Shown here: piece by piece, positions 19,071-28,949 of the stretch
How positions within the stretch are numbered: position 1 is the stretch's first letter
Layout of the letters: the number at the start of each line of letters is the position of its first letter
Assembly: GCA_965246885.1 (NCBI GenBank)
Contig: OZ251992.1
Span: 2,464,001-2,528,000, forward strand
DNA: 64,000 nt
Direction: 5' to 3'
DNA from: Abditibacterium sp.
GTDB taxonomy: Bacteria; Armatimonadota; Abditibacteriia; Abditibacteriales; Abditibacteriaceae
The notes under the pieces: generated by a model
What the model was told of the DNA's origin: nothing
What the model saw: the letters and a program-made list of their open reading frames with translations, nothing else
The model's database searches: none
Made by a program: the position numbers and the translations under genes

Positions 19071-20156
19071 CTAAGGAACTATCTGATGCATGGGCGCGGC
19101 GGTGGTTTGGCGGATGACGAGGGAGACGGGAAGGGTCAGATTGGTTTGGCGTTCAACTTTGCCCGACAGCGTGTCGAGAAGCAGATGGGCGGCGGCTTTT
19201 CCTATTTCCTTGAGGGGCAGTTGCACCGTCGAAAGGAAGTTCTCGTTCATCTCGGCATATTGCAGCGACAAGGGACGCGTGTCGTCGAAGCCAATAAGGG
19301 ACAAATCGTCCGGCACGCGCAAGCCTTGCTCCAACAGCGCGCGGCGCAGCAACACGGCGTGGGAATCGTTGCGCGTCAGAACTGCCGAAAAACGGGGCGG
19401 GCCGCAAAAGTAGCGCGCCACAACGCCGCGCAGGGAGTCGGTGAGGGAAGCGTTGGGTTCGATCAGATGGACAGTCACTGTTTCCTCGAAGTCCACGCCC
19501 GCTTCGCGGCACGCTTCGCGGTAGCCCGCCAAGCGCTCGTTCAGGTGATACGGGGGAACGTTGTGACCGGAGATGAACAAGACGCGGCGGTGCCCCAACT
19601 CCAGCAGGTGCCGTAGAGCGATCCGTCCGCCGTCGCGCTCGTCGGCCACCACCGAGGAGCAACCCGCGAGGGGAGCCATGACCGAGATGGTCGGGCAATG
19701 GGAGATGTTGCCCTTGCTTTCGATTTTGCGTAGCAGTTGCTCGCCCTGATTTTGCCGGCAGAGCATCAACACGCCATCTACGTCGCCGCGCACGATGGCA
19801 AGGGGCAGTTCGCCTTCCCCATCGTCTTCCAACGCGCTGACGATAAGGTCATAGTTTTCCCGGCGCAGTTCGGTCTGGATGCCTCGAAAAAGGAAGGAGT
19901 AGTAAAAGTCATCCAAGAACCCTTGGGGCAAGAAAAGGACGACGAGGTGGTTGACGACCGTGCGCCCCGTTTTGCGCGCCGACAACTGGCGGGCCGACAG
20001 GTTGAGGGTGTGATCGTAGCCCATCTCGTCGGCGACGCGGCGGATTTGCAAGGTGGTGGCCTCCCCCACCCGCTTCGAGCCAATCAGCGCCCGATACACG
20101 GTGGACTTATGAACGTTGCACTTATCGGCAATGTCCTGAAGGGTAACGGCTTCCAT
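19071..20156 (-). CDS. LacI family transcriptional regulator
   Basis: TLQDIADKCNVHKSTVYRAL HTH; LGHRR, RLAGY, VPDDLSLIGFDD. Confidence 0.93.
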   Translation of the reverse strand: MEAVTLQDIADKCNVHKSTVYRALIGSKRVGEATTLQIRRVADEMGYDHTLNLSARQLSARKTGRTVVNHLVVLFLPQGFLDDFYYSFLFRGIQTELRRENYDLIVSALEDDGEGELPLAIVRGDVDGVLMLCRQNQGEQLLRKIESKGNISHCPTISVMAPLAGCSSVVADERDGGRIALRHLLELGHRRVLFISGHNVPPYHLNERLAGYREACREAGVDFEETVTVHLIEPNASLTDSLRGVVARYFCGPPRFSAVLTRNDSHAVLLRRALLEQGLRVPDDLSLIGFDDTRPLSLQYAEMNENFLSTVQLPLKEIGKAAAHLLLDTLSGKVERQTNLTLPVSLVIRQTTAAPMHQIVP

Positions 20157-20536
20157 AGAAAGCAGTGTGACCGACTGACTTCCTCGGCGGCTTCCAACCA
20201 CAAGGAAGAGTAGTGGTGAATTCGCCCCTCCACCCAAACAACTTGCGGTTTAGCGCGCCGCAGTTGATGGCACAAGCCGACGACGCCCCCGACGAAGACG
20301 CTGCTTTCCAAATCCCGTACATCGGGCCTCAACCAGCCTTTCCCGTCCGGTGGGGTCGAAGAACTGCCGGGGTCGGGTGGCGAGCCTGCGGATCGGGGGA
20401 AGTGCAATCGGTGCGGCGTGAAAGGGGGGGGTGGGACATGGCAAAGCATGCCCACCCAACGCGCTCCTGCTTCGCTCACACTATGGGTTTCGAGCGCACA
20501 AAGAGGTTGCAACCATGTGCGGTTTGAGAAATCTCG

Positions 20537-22084
20537 ATGAAGACACTTTTGCCCCAGCCCCAGTCATTCCAAGGCCACCCAGACGAATTTTTGTTGTTGG
20601 CGCAAACTTCCCTTGCCGCAACGGGCGAGGCGGCGTCAGTCGCGGAATTTCTGGCTGCTACGCTGCGACGCGCCACCGGGTTTGAACTGCCCATTGGCGA
20701 AGCCGGAGAAATCGTTTTAACGCTCAGTCCGTCTTTGGAATCGTTGGGCGGCGAAGGCTATCGGCTTGAGGTGACACCTCAGGGCGTCCATATCGCGGCG
20801 GCGGAGCGGGCGGGGCTGTTTCATGGCGTGCAAAGCCTATTGCAACTGTTGCCATCGGCAATTTATGCTTCCCACGTGCAAGAAATAGATTGGCGCGTGC
20901 CCTGCGTGAAAATCGAGGACGCACCGCGTTTTGGCTGGCGCGGTTTGATGCTTGATTGCGGGCGGCGCTTTTTTCCGCTCGATGACCTCAAACGGCTCCT
21001 CGACTTGATGGCGCTACACAAACTAAACGTCTTCCACTGGCATCTGGTGGAAGATGCCGGTTGGCGGCTCGAAATCAAGAAATACCCGCGTTTGACCGAA
21101 GTCGGAGCATGGCGCCGCGAATCGCCGTTGCCGCGCCAGCCGACCCAAGGCGACGGCGTGCCCTACGGCGGATTTTATACCCAAGACGAGGCACGCGAAC
21201 TGGTGGCTTATGCGGCGGCGCGCCACATCACAATCGTGCCGGAAATCGAGATGCCGGGGCACACCTTGTCGTCGCTCGCGGCTTATCCGCAGTTTTCCTG
21301 CACCGGCGGGCCGTTCGAGCCAATTGTGCGTTGGGGCTTGCAATCGGACATCTATTGCGCCGGGAATGACGCGACATTTGGCTTTATCGAGGCCGTCTTA
21401 GAGGAAGTGTTGGCGATTTTCCCCTCGCAGTTCATCCACGTCGGCGGCGATGAAGCGCCCAAAGACCAGTGGGAAAAATGCCCGAAATGCCAGCAGCGTA
21501 TCCAAGACGAAAACCTCAAAGACGAGGGCGAACTGCAAAGCTACTTCCTACGGCGCATCGAGAAATATCTGGATGGCAAAGGGCGGCGGCTCATCGGCTG
21601 GGACGAGATTCTGGAAGGCGGTCTGGCGCCCCACGCGACGGTGATGAGTTGGCGCGGCGAAGAAGGTGGCATTGCGGCGGCTTCGTTGGGGCACGATGTC
21701 GTGATGACGCCGCAGCAATTCTGCTATTTCGACGCTTATCAATCCCTCCTCACCGACGGCGAGCCGGAAGGCTTCCAACTGCTGCCTCTCGAAAAAACGT
21801 GGGGCTACGAGCCAATCCCCGCCGCATTGCCGGTCGAGAAACAGCATCACGTTTTGGGCGTGCAAGGCTGTATGTGGGGCGAGTATGCGTTCGACTGGGA
21901 CAAAGTCGAGTTTCAAGTCTTCCCCCGTTTGTGCGCCTTGGCCGAAGCGGGATGGTCGCCGCCGCAACCTCCCGATTGGCCAGAGTTTAAGGAGCGATTG
22001 GGCGCGCACTTGGGACGGCTTGATGCGCTCCATGTCAACTACCGCAAGTTGGAAGGCGGCGCGGCGCGCGTGCTGCCGGAGTGA
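20537..22084 (+). CDS. Beta-N-acetylhexosaminidase GH20 (no signal peptide seen)
   Basis: DAPRFGWRGLMLD, PEIEMPGH, HVGGDE, WDEI, FPRLCALAE. Confidence 0.95.
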   Translation: MKTLLPQPQSFQGHPDEFLLLAQTSLAATGEAASVAEFLAATLRRATGFELPIGEAGEIVLTLSPSLESLGGEGYRLEVTPQGVHIAAAERAGLFHGVQSLLQLLPSAIYASHVQEIDWRVPCVKIEDAPRFGWRGLMLDCGRRFFPLDDLKRLLDLMALHKLNVFHWHLVEDAGWRLEIKKYPRLTEVGAWRRESPLPRQPTQGDGVPYGGFYTQDEARELVAYAAARHITIVPEIEMPGHTLSSLAAYPQFSCTGGPFEPIVRWGLQSDIYCAGNDATFGFIEAVLEEVLAIFPSQFIHVGGDEAPKDQWEKCPKCQQRIQDENLKDEGELQSYFLRRIEKYLDGKGRRLIGWDEILEGGLAPHATVMSWRGEEGGIAAASLGHDVVMTPQQFCYFDAYQSLLTDGEPEGFQLLPLEKTWGYEPIPAALPVEKQHHVLGVQGCMWGEYAFDWDKVEFQVFPRLCALAEAGWSPPQPPDWPEFKERLGAHLGRLDALHVNYRKLEGGAARVLPE

Positions 22085-22093
22085 ACGCGCGAT

Positions 22094-22894
22094 TTATTCG
22101 CTGGCTTCGGCCCGCAGGCGGCGCGGTGAAGCGCCCAGCACGCGGCGCATGGTTTTGTTGAATAGATGCAGGTCGCGGATGCCGACTTCGGCGGCGATGG
22201 CCTTGATGGGCATGGTCGAATGGATGAGCAATTGGCGGGCGCGCTGCATGCGGCGCTCGCAAATGTAACCCACGACCGTCGTGCCGAAATGGAAGTGGAA
22301 AAGGTTGGTGAGGTGGTTGTGCGAAACGCCAACTTCGCGCGCTAAGCGCCCAACGTATAACGGCTGGCCAAGGCGCAGTTCGATGATCTCGGCGGCTTTT
22401 TGCAATGGCGCTGGTTGGCTGGTTTCGGCTTTGGTTCCCCCGCCCCCGGTGCGGCTCGCCAACTGCCAAAGGATGTCCCATATCCGCGCCTCGGTGCGCC
22501 GGGGTCGCTGGCTGAAATAACCAACCCCTTCTTCCATCGCCTCATATATGGCACCGAAATCCTCGCCTAAATCCTGCATGGCGCGAATCGAAACCACTTT
22601 GTGGTTCGTGGGGAGGTTGGGTGGAAACTGGAAAAGGGCGAAGACGTGAACCGAAGGGCCGCGCAACCTGAACTCAATATCCATGTCGGGCGGCACAAGG
22701 CCAGCGAAGTTAGGCTGGATGGGAAACGGCATGCCGTCGAGAATTATTTCCCCCTCGTATCGGTAGAGATGCAAAGTCCAAGTGCCTTTGAGGTGGTATT
22801 TCACCGACATTTCGGGATGGTGACCAACACCGGCGTAAGTCACCATCGGTTTGGCATCGAGCGGGATGTCCCAGCAGACTTCGTTCCAAGGCAT
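22094..22894 (-). CDS. AraC family transcriptional regulator
   Basis: C-terminal LAREVGVSHNHLTNLF and IKAIAAEVGIRDLHLFNK double HTH. Confidence 0.9.
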   Translation of the reverse strand: MPWNEVCWDIPLDAKPMVTYAGVGHHPEMSVKYHLKGTWTLHLYRYEGEIILDGMPFPIQPNFAGLVPPDMDIEFRLRGPSVHVFALFQFPPNLPTNHKVVSIRAMQDLGEDFGAIYEAMEEGVGYFSQRPRRTEARIWDILWQLASRTGGGGTKAETSQPAPLQKAAEIIELRLGQPLYVGRLAREVGVSHNHLTNLFHFHFGTTVVGYICERRMQRARQLLIHSTMPIKAIAAEVGIRDLHLFNKTMRRVLGASPRRLRAEASE

Positions 22895-22937
22895 TGTGAT
22901 TTTCCACCAGAAAAGTGTGAAAGCAGGCCACTATTCC

Positions 22938-22968
22938 GCGTTTAGCCGCCCCGGACGAGGGGTATAAT
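22938..22968 (+). promoter_or_regulatory. Putative promoter GCGTTTAGC-N8-ACGAGGGGTATAAT
   Basis: TATAAT at 22963-22968; same spacing as the other three promoters. Confidence 0.6.
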
Positions 22969-22993
22969 CATTTTATCCGAAAGCGGACACAGT

Positions 22994-23911
22994 ATGAACT
23001 CAAACCACTCAAGCGTTCAACAATCCATCCATTCCAATGGATTTGCGGTTGCGGAACACTCTCCCACAGTCCTCACAGCAGAAGAATTGGACTTTTACCG
23101 CGAGCAGGGTTATGTTCATGCTCATGGCGCCGTCGCGCCGGAAGCGTTGCAACTGGCGCGCACAGTTTTGGAGCGATGGGTCGAGGAGATCATCCAATCT
23201 TGGCAAGTCTCCGGCCTGCTCGCCGATACGCGGCCCGATCTGGATTTCGAGCATCGTTTAGTGCAGGTATGGAACGCGGCGGGCAAACCCGGTTACATTC
23301 GTAGCCCGCGCCGTGATTTGGTGAGCCGCGAGATGTTCGAGTTTTTGTCGCACCCCTCATTGGTAGATTTGGCCGAGGAGTTGCTTGGCACCCCGGAAAT
23401 TTCGGTGCATGGCGTGTTCAATGCGCGTCCCAAACTGCCCGACCAGAAATGGACGGACACGCCTTGGCATCAAGATGCTCAATATTACACGGACGCCGCC
23501 GAAATTCCGGTCGTGACCTTGTGGATTCCGTTGCAGCGCGTGACGGAGCAGAACAGTTGCCTCCAAGTCGCCGGTGGGCATCAAGGCGAACCGCTCCACG
23601 AAGCCTTTAAAGACGAAACCGGCTTTATCGGCCTTTCCAAGGAACGAGGCGCCGCATTGAAGGGAGTTTCGATTGAAATGGAGCCGGGCGACGCGCTCTG
23701 CTTTACACAGAAGACGCCGCACCGTGCGACATCCAATCAGTCGGACGCAGTGCGTTGGTCAATGGATGTGCGTTTCGAGGCCACAACCAACGCCACGCAG
23801 AGTGGCAAAGAAATGGGCTTTATCGCTCGCAGCGAGGCCGATCCCGATTCGGTGACAACCTGCGAAGAATGGCTGAAGAAATGGGAGTCGGTGCCTGCTG
23901 GTAGTTATTAA
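22994..23911 (+). CDS. Phytanoyl-CoA dioxygenase (PhyH) family Fe(II)/2OG oxygenase
   Basis: TPWHQD, LWIPL, NSCL, PHR...N.S...R. Confidence 0.88.
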   Translation: MNSNHSSVQQSIHSNGFAVAEHSPTVLTAEELDFYREQGYVHAHGAVAPEALQLARTVLERWVEEIIQSWQVSGLLADTRPDLDFEHRLVQVWNAAGKPGYIRSPRRDLVSREMFEFLSHPSLVDLAEELLGTPEISVHGVFNARPKLPDQKWTDTPWHQDAQYYTDAAEIPVVTLWIPLQRVTEQNSCLQVAGGHQGEPLHEAFKDETGFIGLSKERGAALKGVSIEMEPGDALCFTQKTPHRATSNQSDAVRWSMDVRFEATTNATQSGKEMGFIARSEADPDSVTTCEEWLKKWESVPAGSY

Positions 23912-23974
23912 GCGAACCGAGTTTCTTATCAATAAGAAGCTACTTACTATTCGGTTGAAGGAGTATCTCGAATC

Positions 23975-24721
23975 ATGCTAAACAAACACGGCGGACGCAG
24001 CGCCCAACTGCGGAACACACCAACAGGCTTTACGCTCATAGAAATTCTTGTCGTAATAGCCATCATCGCAATCCTCGCGGCTATTCTATTCCCTGCATTC
24101 GCGCGCGCACGGGAGAACGCACGCCGCGCATCGTGCCAAAGCAATATGAAACAGATCGGTCTTGGCATTATGCAATATGCGCAGGACTACGATGAAGGTT
24201 TGCCCGCAATTTACAACGCGGCGCCTGCCACCGGCGGGTATTGGACGGGTGCTATCCAGCCTTACACCAAGAGCACTCAGATCCTACAGTGCCCAAGTTT
24301 GGCCGTCGGGACGAACGCGACCGGCACGGCGGGCTTCGACTCCTACGGATTCAATGTGGCGCTTAACAAAAGCGGAGGCTTGGAGGGTCTTAAACTCCCG
24401 GCGCTCAATAACGTGGCCGAATTGGGCATGGTTTTCGAGGACAATCTCGACGCCAATACGAACTGCACCGGCTACGGATTGGGTGGCGGGCCTTTCGGCA
24501 ATGGCTTTATTTCGACGTGGTATAGCACGACTTCAGGAACGGCACCGGATTACCCTTTTGGCAACACCGCCAACGCTGTCGCGGGGCCGGATGGTCGGCA
24601 CTTTGAAGGCTTGAATGCCGCTTTTGCCGATGGCCACGTCAAATGGATGAGATATGGTGCCGCGATCACACCGCCCGCCACGCCAACCAACTGGCGTCTC
24701 TGGTATCCCAGCGCGCCCTAA
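23975..24721 (+). CDS. Prepilin-type / DUF1559 / H-X9-DG protein
   Basis: [11 protein letters not shown]...; [15 protein letters not shown]. Confidence 0.92.
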   Translation: MLNKHGGRSAQLRNTPTGFTLIEILVVIAIIAILAAILFPAFARARENARRASCQSNMKQIGLGIMQYAQDYDEGLPAIYNAAPATGGYWTGAIQPYTKSTQILQCPSLAVGTNATGTAGFDSYGFNVALNKSGGLEGLKLPALNNVAELGMVFEDNLDANTNCTGYGLGGGPFGNGFISTWYSTTSGTAPDYPFGNTANAVAGPDGRHFEGLNAAFADGHVKWMRYGAAITPPATPTNWRLWYPSAP

Positions 24722-24737
24722 TACGTTCATCTAAACA

Positions 24738-24778
24738 GGCAGCCCGACCTGCCCTTTAAGTTGCACGGTAGGGCTGTT
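24738..24778 (+). terminator. Imperfect stem-loop downstream of prepilin gene
   Basis: ggcagccc-gacc-tgc pairs with gca-cggt-a-gggctgtt; followed by gcgtttt. Confidence 0.5.
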
Positions 24779-24795
24779 GCGTTTTCAAGAAACTC

Positions 24796-27015
24796 ATGAA
24801 ACCAACGCATCGTTCGTTTACTGCCTTTGCCCTCTTGGGTATTCTGGTCGCGCCTTTACGCTCGCGCGCCGACGATGCTATGAAGCTCGCGTCGGTTGGC
24901 CACTGGAGTTTTGACGACGCGCAAAATCCGCTCGCTTACGCCGGAACCAGCAAAAGCGCGGCAGTTGCAACTGGCGCCGTCGCTTACGCGGCTGGAAAAA
25001 CGGGGAGGGCGCTCAAACTGGGCGGCGCGCCAGTGTGTGTGACGGTTCAAGACCGCGAAAAAGGCGCTTTTGACGCCAAGAGTGCTTTTTCCATCGAATG
25101 TTGGGCCGATTTAACGGCGACCACCAACGATCAAAGATTGGTCGGCAAATGGGGGCCGTCGCCCGAAACCGCCTCCTACCTTTTGTGGTCGGACAGCAAC
25201 GGGAAGTGGGGCTTCATTGTGGCTTCGCACGGTCAACTGGTGTATCTCGTTTCCAAAAAAACGGCGGTTCTCAATGAGTGGCATCACCTCGAAGGCACAT
25301 GGGACGGCAAAGGCGTGTTGCGCCTTTACGTGGACGGGGAACTTCAGGCCGAGCAAACGGGGGTGGACAAAATTGATACGCCGCCATCGGATTTCGTAAT
25401 TGGAGCCGGGCCATCGGGAAGCGGCCACGTCGTTGGCCTCCTTGATGAGGTTTCGTTTGCTCGCCAAGGCGCCACCCCGGCCACCAACGGGCCGAATCTA
25501 CTTGCGAACGGCGACTTTGAAACACCTGCCTTGGATGAGCCGTTCAGGCTTTTCAAGGGCGAAACCAAAACCGACGGCTGGACATGGAAAGGCGCGGGCG
25601 GCGTAGTGTGGAACGAACCGGCAATCGCTGGCGGCAGTCCCAATATGCACGCCTCACAGAATCGGCAATTTATCACTCTCAACAACACCGACGCAGTCGG
25701 CGGCGTCAGCCAAAGAATAGCCACTACGCCCGGCCAAACCTATCTCCTCAAGTTCGATTTAACGGCGCTCACCAACGGCGCGCCCAACTTCAAGGTCGGC
25801 GTCAAGATCAACGCTCCCGGCGTGGAAAAAGAGTACGCACTGCAAACATCGTTGCCCGATCACTCGACGGCGCCCTACGAAACCCACGACTTAGTTTTCA
25901 CCGCGAAGGAAGCCACCTCGGAAGTGACCTTTACCAGCACCACGCCCAAGCCATTTTTCTATGGCACCAGCATTGACAACGCGCAGGTTTTTTCAATTGC
26001 TCTCGTGCCCACCGTCGCCATGCTCAAAATTCCGCCGACCGATAAGCGGGTGCAGTTTTCGGATTATGCCAACATCGAAGTCACCAAAGAGCGCGCCCGT
26101 TTCGACCGCATGATTGACGCCGAATTTGGCATGAGATGGGATAATCCTGGCGCGCGGATTCGCTTCCGCACCGATGCCACCTCTATTACGGCGAATCTCT
26201 TTTACAACGGCCGCCACAACGCTATGGGCAGCTTGAACAAAACCGGCGTGATCTTGGTGGATGGCAAGCGCGGCGGCACGTTTTCTTCGGGTGCCGAGCG
26301 TCCCGGTGCGGTTGATGCAACCATCGAGGTTCCCAAGTCCGCGAAACCGGCGATGCACCTTTATGAAGTGGTGCTTCCCTATGGCGATGCAGTGGATTTC
26401 GTGGGTCTTCAGGTCAATGCTGATGCAAAGTTTGAAACTGCGCCGCCGCGTCCGCGCTTTCGCTGGGTAGCTTATGGCGATTCGATCACGCAGGGGTTTT
26501 GGGCCGACGACGTGACGGCGAATTACCCGTTTCAGGTCGCGCAGGCCAAAGGCTGGGAATGCGTGAACATGGGTTTTGGCGGACGCCAAGCGACGCCCGA
26601 CGATGGCAAAGTCATCGGCTCCATCGAAGCCGACCTCATCACGGTTGCGATGGGCTTCAATGACCATTTCACCAAAACGCCCGCCAAATACGCCGAGGAC
26701 ATGAAGGCGCTGTTGGGAAATATCCGCGCCCGCCAGCCCAAAACGCCGATTTACGTCCTCACCCTCCTTTGGTCAACCGATCCCTACCCGACAACTTTGA
26801 AATTGCCGCTCGAAGACTACCGCGCGGCGGCGCGCGAGGTTGTCGGCCAAACCGCCAAAGCGGGCGATGCCAATCTGCATCTGATTGACGGGCTTGATCT
26901 CGTCCCCCACGACGCCAAGTATTTCCGCGAGGGCATTCATCCGGTGGATGAAGGCTTCACGTTGATGGCGCGCAATCTCATCAAATCTCTGCCGAAAAAT
27001 TCTGCGGCGGGCTAA
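24796..27015 (+). CDS. Secreted LamG-like plus DUF642-like plus SGNH/GDSL esterase
   Basis: Signal peptide; WHHLEGTWDG..LYVDG; NLLANGDFE; YGDSITQG, GFND, GIHP. Confidence 0.82.
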   Translation: MKPTHRSFTAFALLGILVAPLRSRADDAMKLASVGHWSFDDAQNPLAYAGTSKSAAVATGAVAYAAGKTGRALKLGGAPVCVTVQDREKGAFDAKSAFSIECWADLTATTNDQRLVGKWGPSPETASYLLWSDSNGKWGFIVASHGQLVYLVSKKTAVLNEWHHLEGTWDGKGVLRLYVDGELQAEQTGVDKIDTPPSDFVIGAGPSGSGHVVGLLDEVSFARQGATPATNGPNLLANGDFETPALDEPFRLFKGETKTDGWTWKGAGGVVWNEPAIAGGSPNMHASQNRQFITLNNTDAVGGVSQRIATTPGQTYLLKFDLTALTNGAPNFKVGVKINAPGVEKEYALQTSLPDHSTAPYETHDLVFTAKEATSEVTFTSTTPKPFFYGTSIDNAQVFSIALVPTVAMLKIPPTDKRVQFSDYANIEVTKERARFDRMIDAEFGMRWDNPGARIRFRTDATSITANLFYNGRHNAMGSLNKTGVILVDGKRGGTFSSGAERPGAVDATIEVPKSAKPAMHLYEVVLPYGDAVDFVGLQVNADAKFETAPPRPRFRWVAYGDSITQGFWADDVTANYPFQVAQAKGWECVNMGFGGRQATPDDGKVIGSIEADLITVAMGFNDHFTKTPAKYAEDMKALLGNIRARQPKTPIYVLTLLWSTDPYPTTLKLPLEDYRAAAREVVGQTAKAGDANLHLIDGLDLVPHDAKYFREGIHPVDEGFTLMARNLIKSLPKNSAAG

Positions 27016-27036
27016 CTCTCCAAAAAGCATCAATCC

Positions 27037-27972
27037 ATGCCCAATCTCACCCTTGAACGGCCTGCTCAGGCCGCAGCACAGCCTGTTTTGAACACCGACG
27101 CGGCGGCCTTTTTTCAGGAGAATGGCTATTTGGTCGTTGAAGATGCGCTTTCGCGTGAAGAAGTCGAAGAATTGCGGCGCGAGACCCTGCGAATCTGTCG
27201 CGGCGAATTGGGCGAAGTCAAAGGCGTTTCGCCGGTGTCCGGCCAGAGCGACGAAGAAACCCTGCGACGCTATTTGTGCATCCATATGCCGCACAAACTG
27301 TCGCCAGTCATGCTCAAGTATCTGTCTCATCCGGCGATTGTGGATGTGCTGACGCGGGTGATTAGCCCCAACGTCAAGGCGATGCAATCCATGCTGTTCA
27401 TCAAAGCGGCGGGTAAGCCGGGGCAGGCGTGGCATCAGGACGAAGATTACATTCCCACCCGCGACCGCAGTTTGTGCGGTGCATGGGTTGCAATGGATGA
27501 TGCTACCGTTGAAAACGGCTGTTTGTGGATTATTCCCGGCAGCCACAAGCCCGGTGTTTTGTGGCCTCAGGAGTGGCACGGCGACGAGCGTTTCGACTGC
27601 GCCTTTGAGTCGCGCGGCTTTCATTTCTCGGACGAGGACGCCATTCCCGTCGAAGTGCGCGCCGGAGCCGTCGTGTTTTTCAACGGCTACACGTTGCACC
27701 GCTCGCTTCCCAACACGGCGCCCGGCGGTTTTCGGCGCTGCTTGGTCAATCACTACATGAGCGCCGAATCGTTTCTACCTTGGCGCTTGCCCAAACAAGG
27801 TGAGCAAATGGCGATGGCCGATTACCGCGACATCGTGATGGTGGCGGGCACCGACCCTTTTGCCGCCAAAGGCATCGAGGAAATTGCGGAAGCGGGCGTG
27901 CGGCCCGATGGCAAAAGCGGCTGTCTCGATTGGCTGACCGGCGACGAACTCCCATACAACCTTAAAAGATGA
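27037..27972 (+). CDS. PhyH family Fe(II)/2OG dioxygenase
   Basis: QAWHQDE, ENGCLWIIPGSH, LHRSLPN. Confidence 0.9.
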   Translation: MPNLTLERPAQAAAQPVLNTDAAAFFQENGYLVVEDALSREEVEELRRETLRICRGELGEVKGVSPVSGQSDEETLRRYLCIHMPHKLSPVMLKYLSHPAIVDVLTRVISPNVKAMQSMLFIKAAGKPGQAWHQDEDYIPTRDRSLCGAWVAMDDATVENGCLWIIPGSHKPGVLWPQEWHGDERFDCAFESRGFHFSDEDAIPVEVRAGAVVFFNGYTLHRSLPNTAPGGFRRCLVNHYMSAESFLPWRLPKQGEQMAMADYRDIVMVAGTDPFAAKGIEEIAEAGVRPDGKSGCLDWLTGDELPYNLKR

Positions 27973-28934
27973 ACCCGAAAACAGACTGGTTTCACGCGGC
28001 GCGTTGGGGCGTTTTCGTGCATTACCTCGACCTCAAAGCCGAGCGCCCCTTTCCCTCGCCCACCACTGCCGAACAGTGGAATCGGCGCGTGGATGCCTTC
28101 GATGTGGACGCCCTCGCCGCCCAGTTGGAAGCGACTGGTGCGGGCTACTTTTTGTTTACCATCGGCCAAAATTCGGGCCACTGGTGCGCGCCCAACCCCA
28201 CTTACGACGAATTGACCGGCATTTCGCCTTCCAAATGTTCGCGCCGCGATTTGATAGCCGATCTCTACGAAGCGTTGGCTCCCAAAGGCATCAAATTGAT
28301 GGTTTATCTGCCCAGTGGCGCGCCCGATCAGGAGCCGCAGGCAGTCGAAAGGTTGGGGTGGAAAGCGGGCGACGAGCGTTTGGCGGAGTTCCAAACAAAG
28401 TGGGAAGCCATCGTGCGCGACTGGTCGCTGCGCTGGGGCAAAAAAGTGGTCGGGTGGTGGGTGGACGGCTGCTACTATGCCGATGCCATGTATCGCCAGC
28501 CGGAAGCGCCCAATTTCGCCTCCTTCGCCGCCGCCATGCGCGCCGGGAATCCCGCAAGCATCGTCGCCTTCAACCCCAACGACGCGACGCCAATCGTCGC
28601 CATGACGGAGCAACAAGACTACACGGCGGGCGAAGTCAATGCTTTTCTGCCGGTGCGCGGCGGCTATCCGGGTCATCCCGCGCTGGGCGCAGGGCGGTGG
28701 GTGGATTCGCCCGAAGGCCCGCCGGTGCAATACCACCTTCTCACTTTTCTGGGCGACTTTTGGGCGCGCGGCGAACAGCCACGCTTCGGCGACGATCTGG
28801 TGAGCGCCTACACCCGGCACGTCAATTCCGTCGGCGGCGTGGTGACGTGGGAAGTGCCGATTTCCGATGAGGGAACAATTCCCCAACCGTTTATCGAACA
28901 ACTAAAGCGGCTGGGCCAGACGGCCAGTCAGTAA
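27969..28934 (+). CDS. GH29-like (alpha-L-fucosidase-like) glycoside hydrolase, catalytic domain only
   Basis: WFHAARWGVFVHY, RRDLIADL, GWWVDGCY, DYTAGE. Confidence 0.7.
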   Translation: MNPKTDWFHAARWGVFVHYLDLKAERPFPSPTTAEQWNRRVDAFDVDALAAQLEATGAGYFLFTIGQNSGHWCAPNPTYDELTGISPSKCSRRDLIADLYEALAPKGIKLMVYLPSGAPDQEPQAVERLGWKAGDERLAEFQTKWEAIVRDWSLRWGKKVVGWWVDGCYYADAMYRQPEAPNFASFAAAMRAGNPASIVAFNPNDATPIVAMTEQQDYTAGEVNAFLPVRGGYPGHPALGAGRWVDSPEGPPVQYHLLTFLGDFWARGEQPRFGDDLVSAYTRHVNSVGGVVTWEVPISDEGTIPQPFIEQLKRLGQTASQ

Positions 28935-28949
28935 ATCGCTGGCGCCTCC

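Noticed and set aside
20424..20431. G8 tract between lacI and GH20 as a phase-variation switch
   Set aside because: Short intergenic run in a GC-rich genome with no link to an identified promoter
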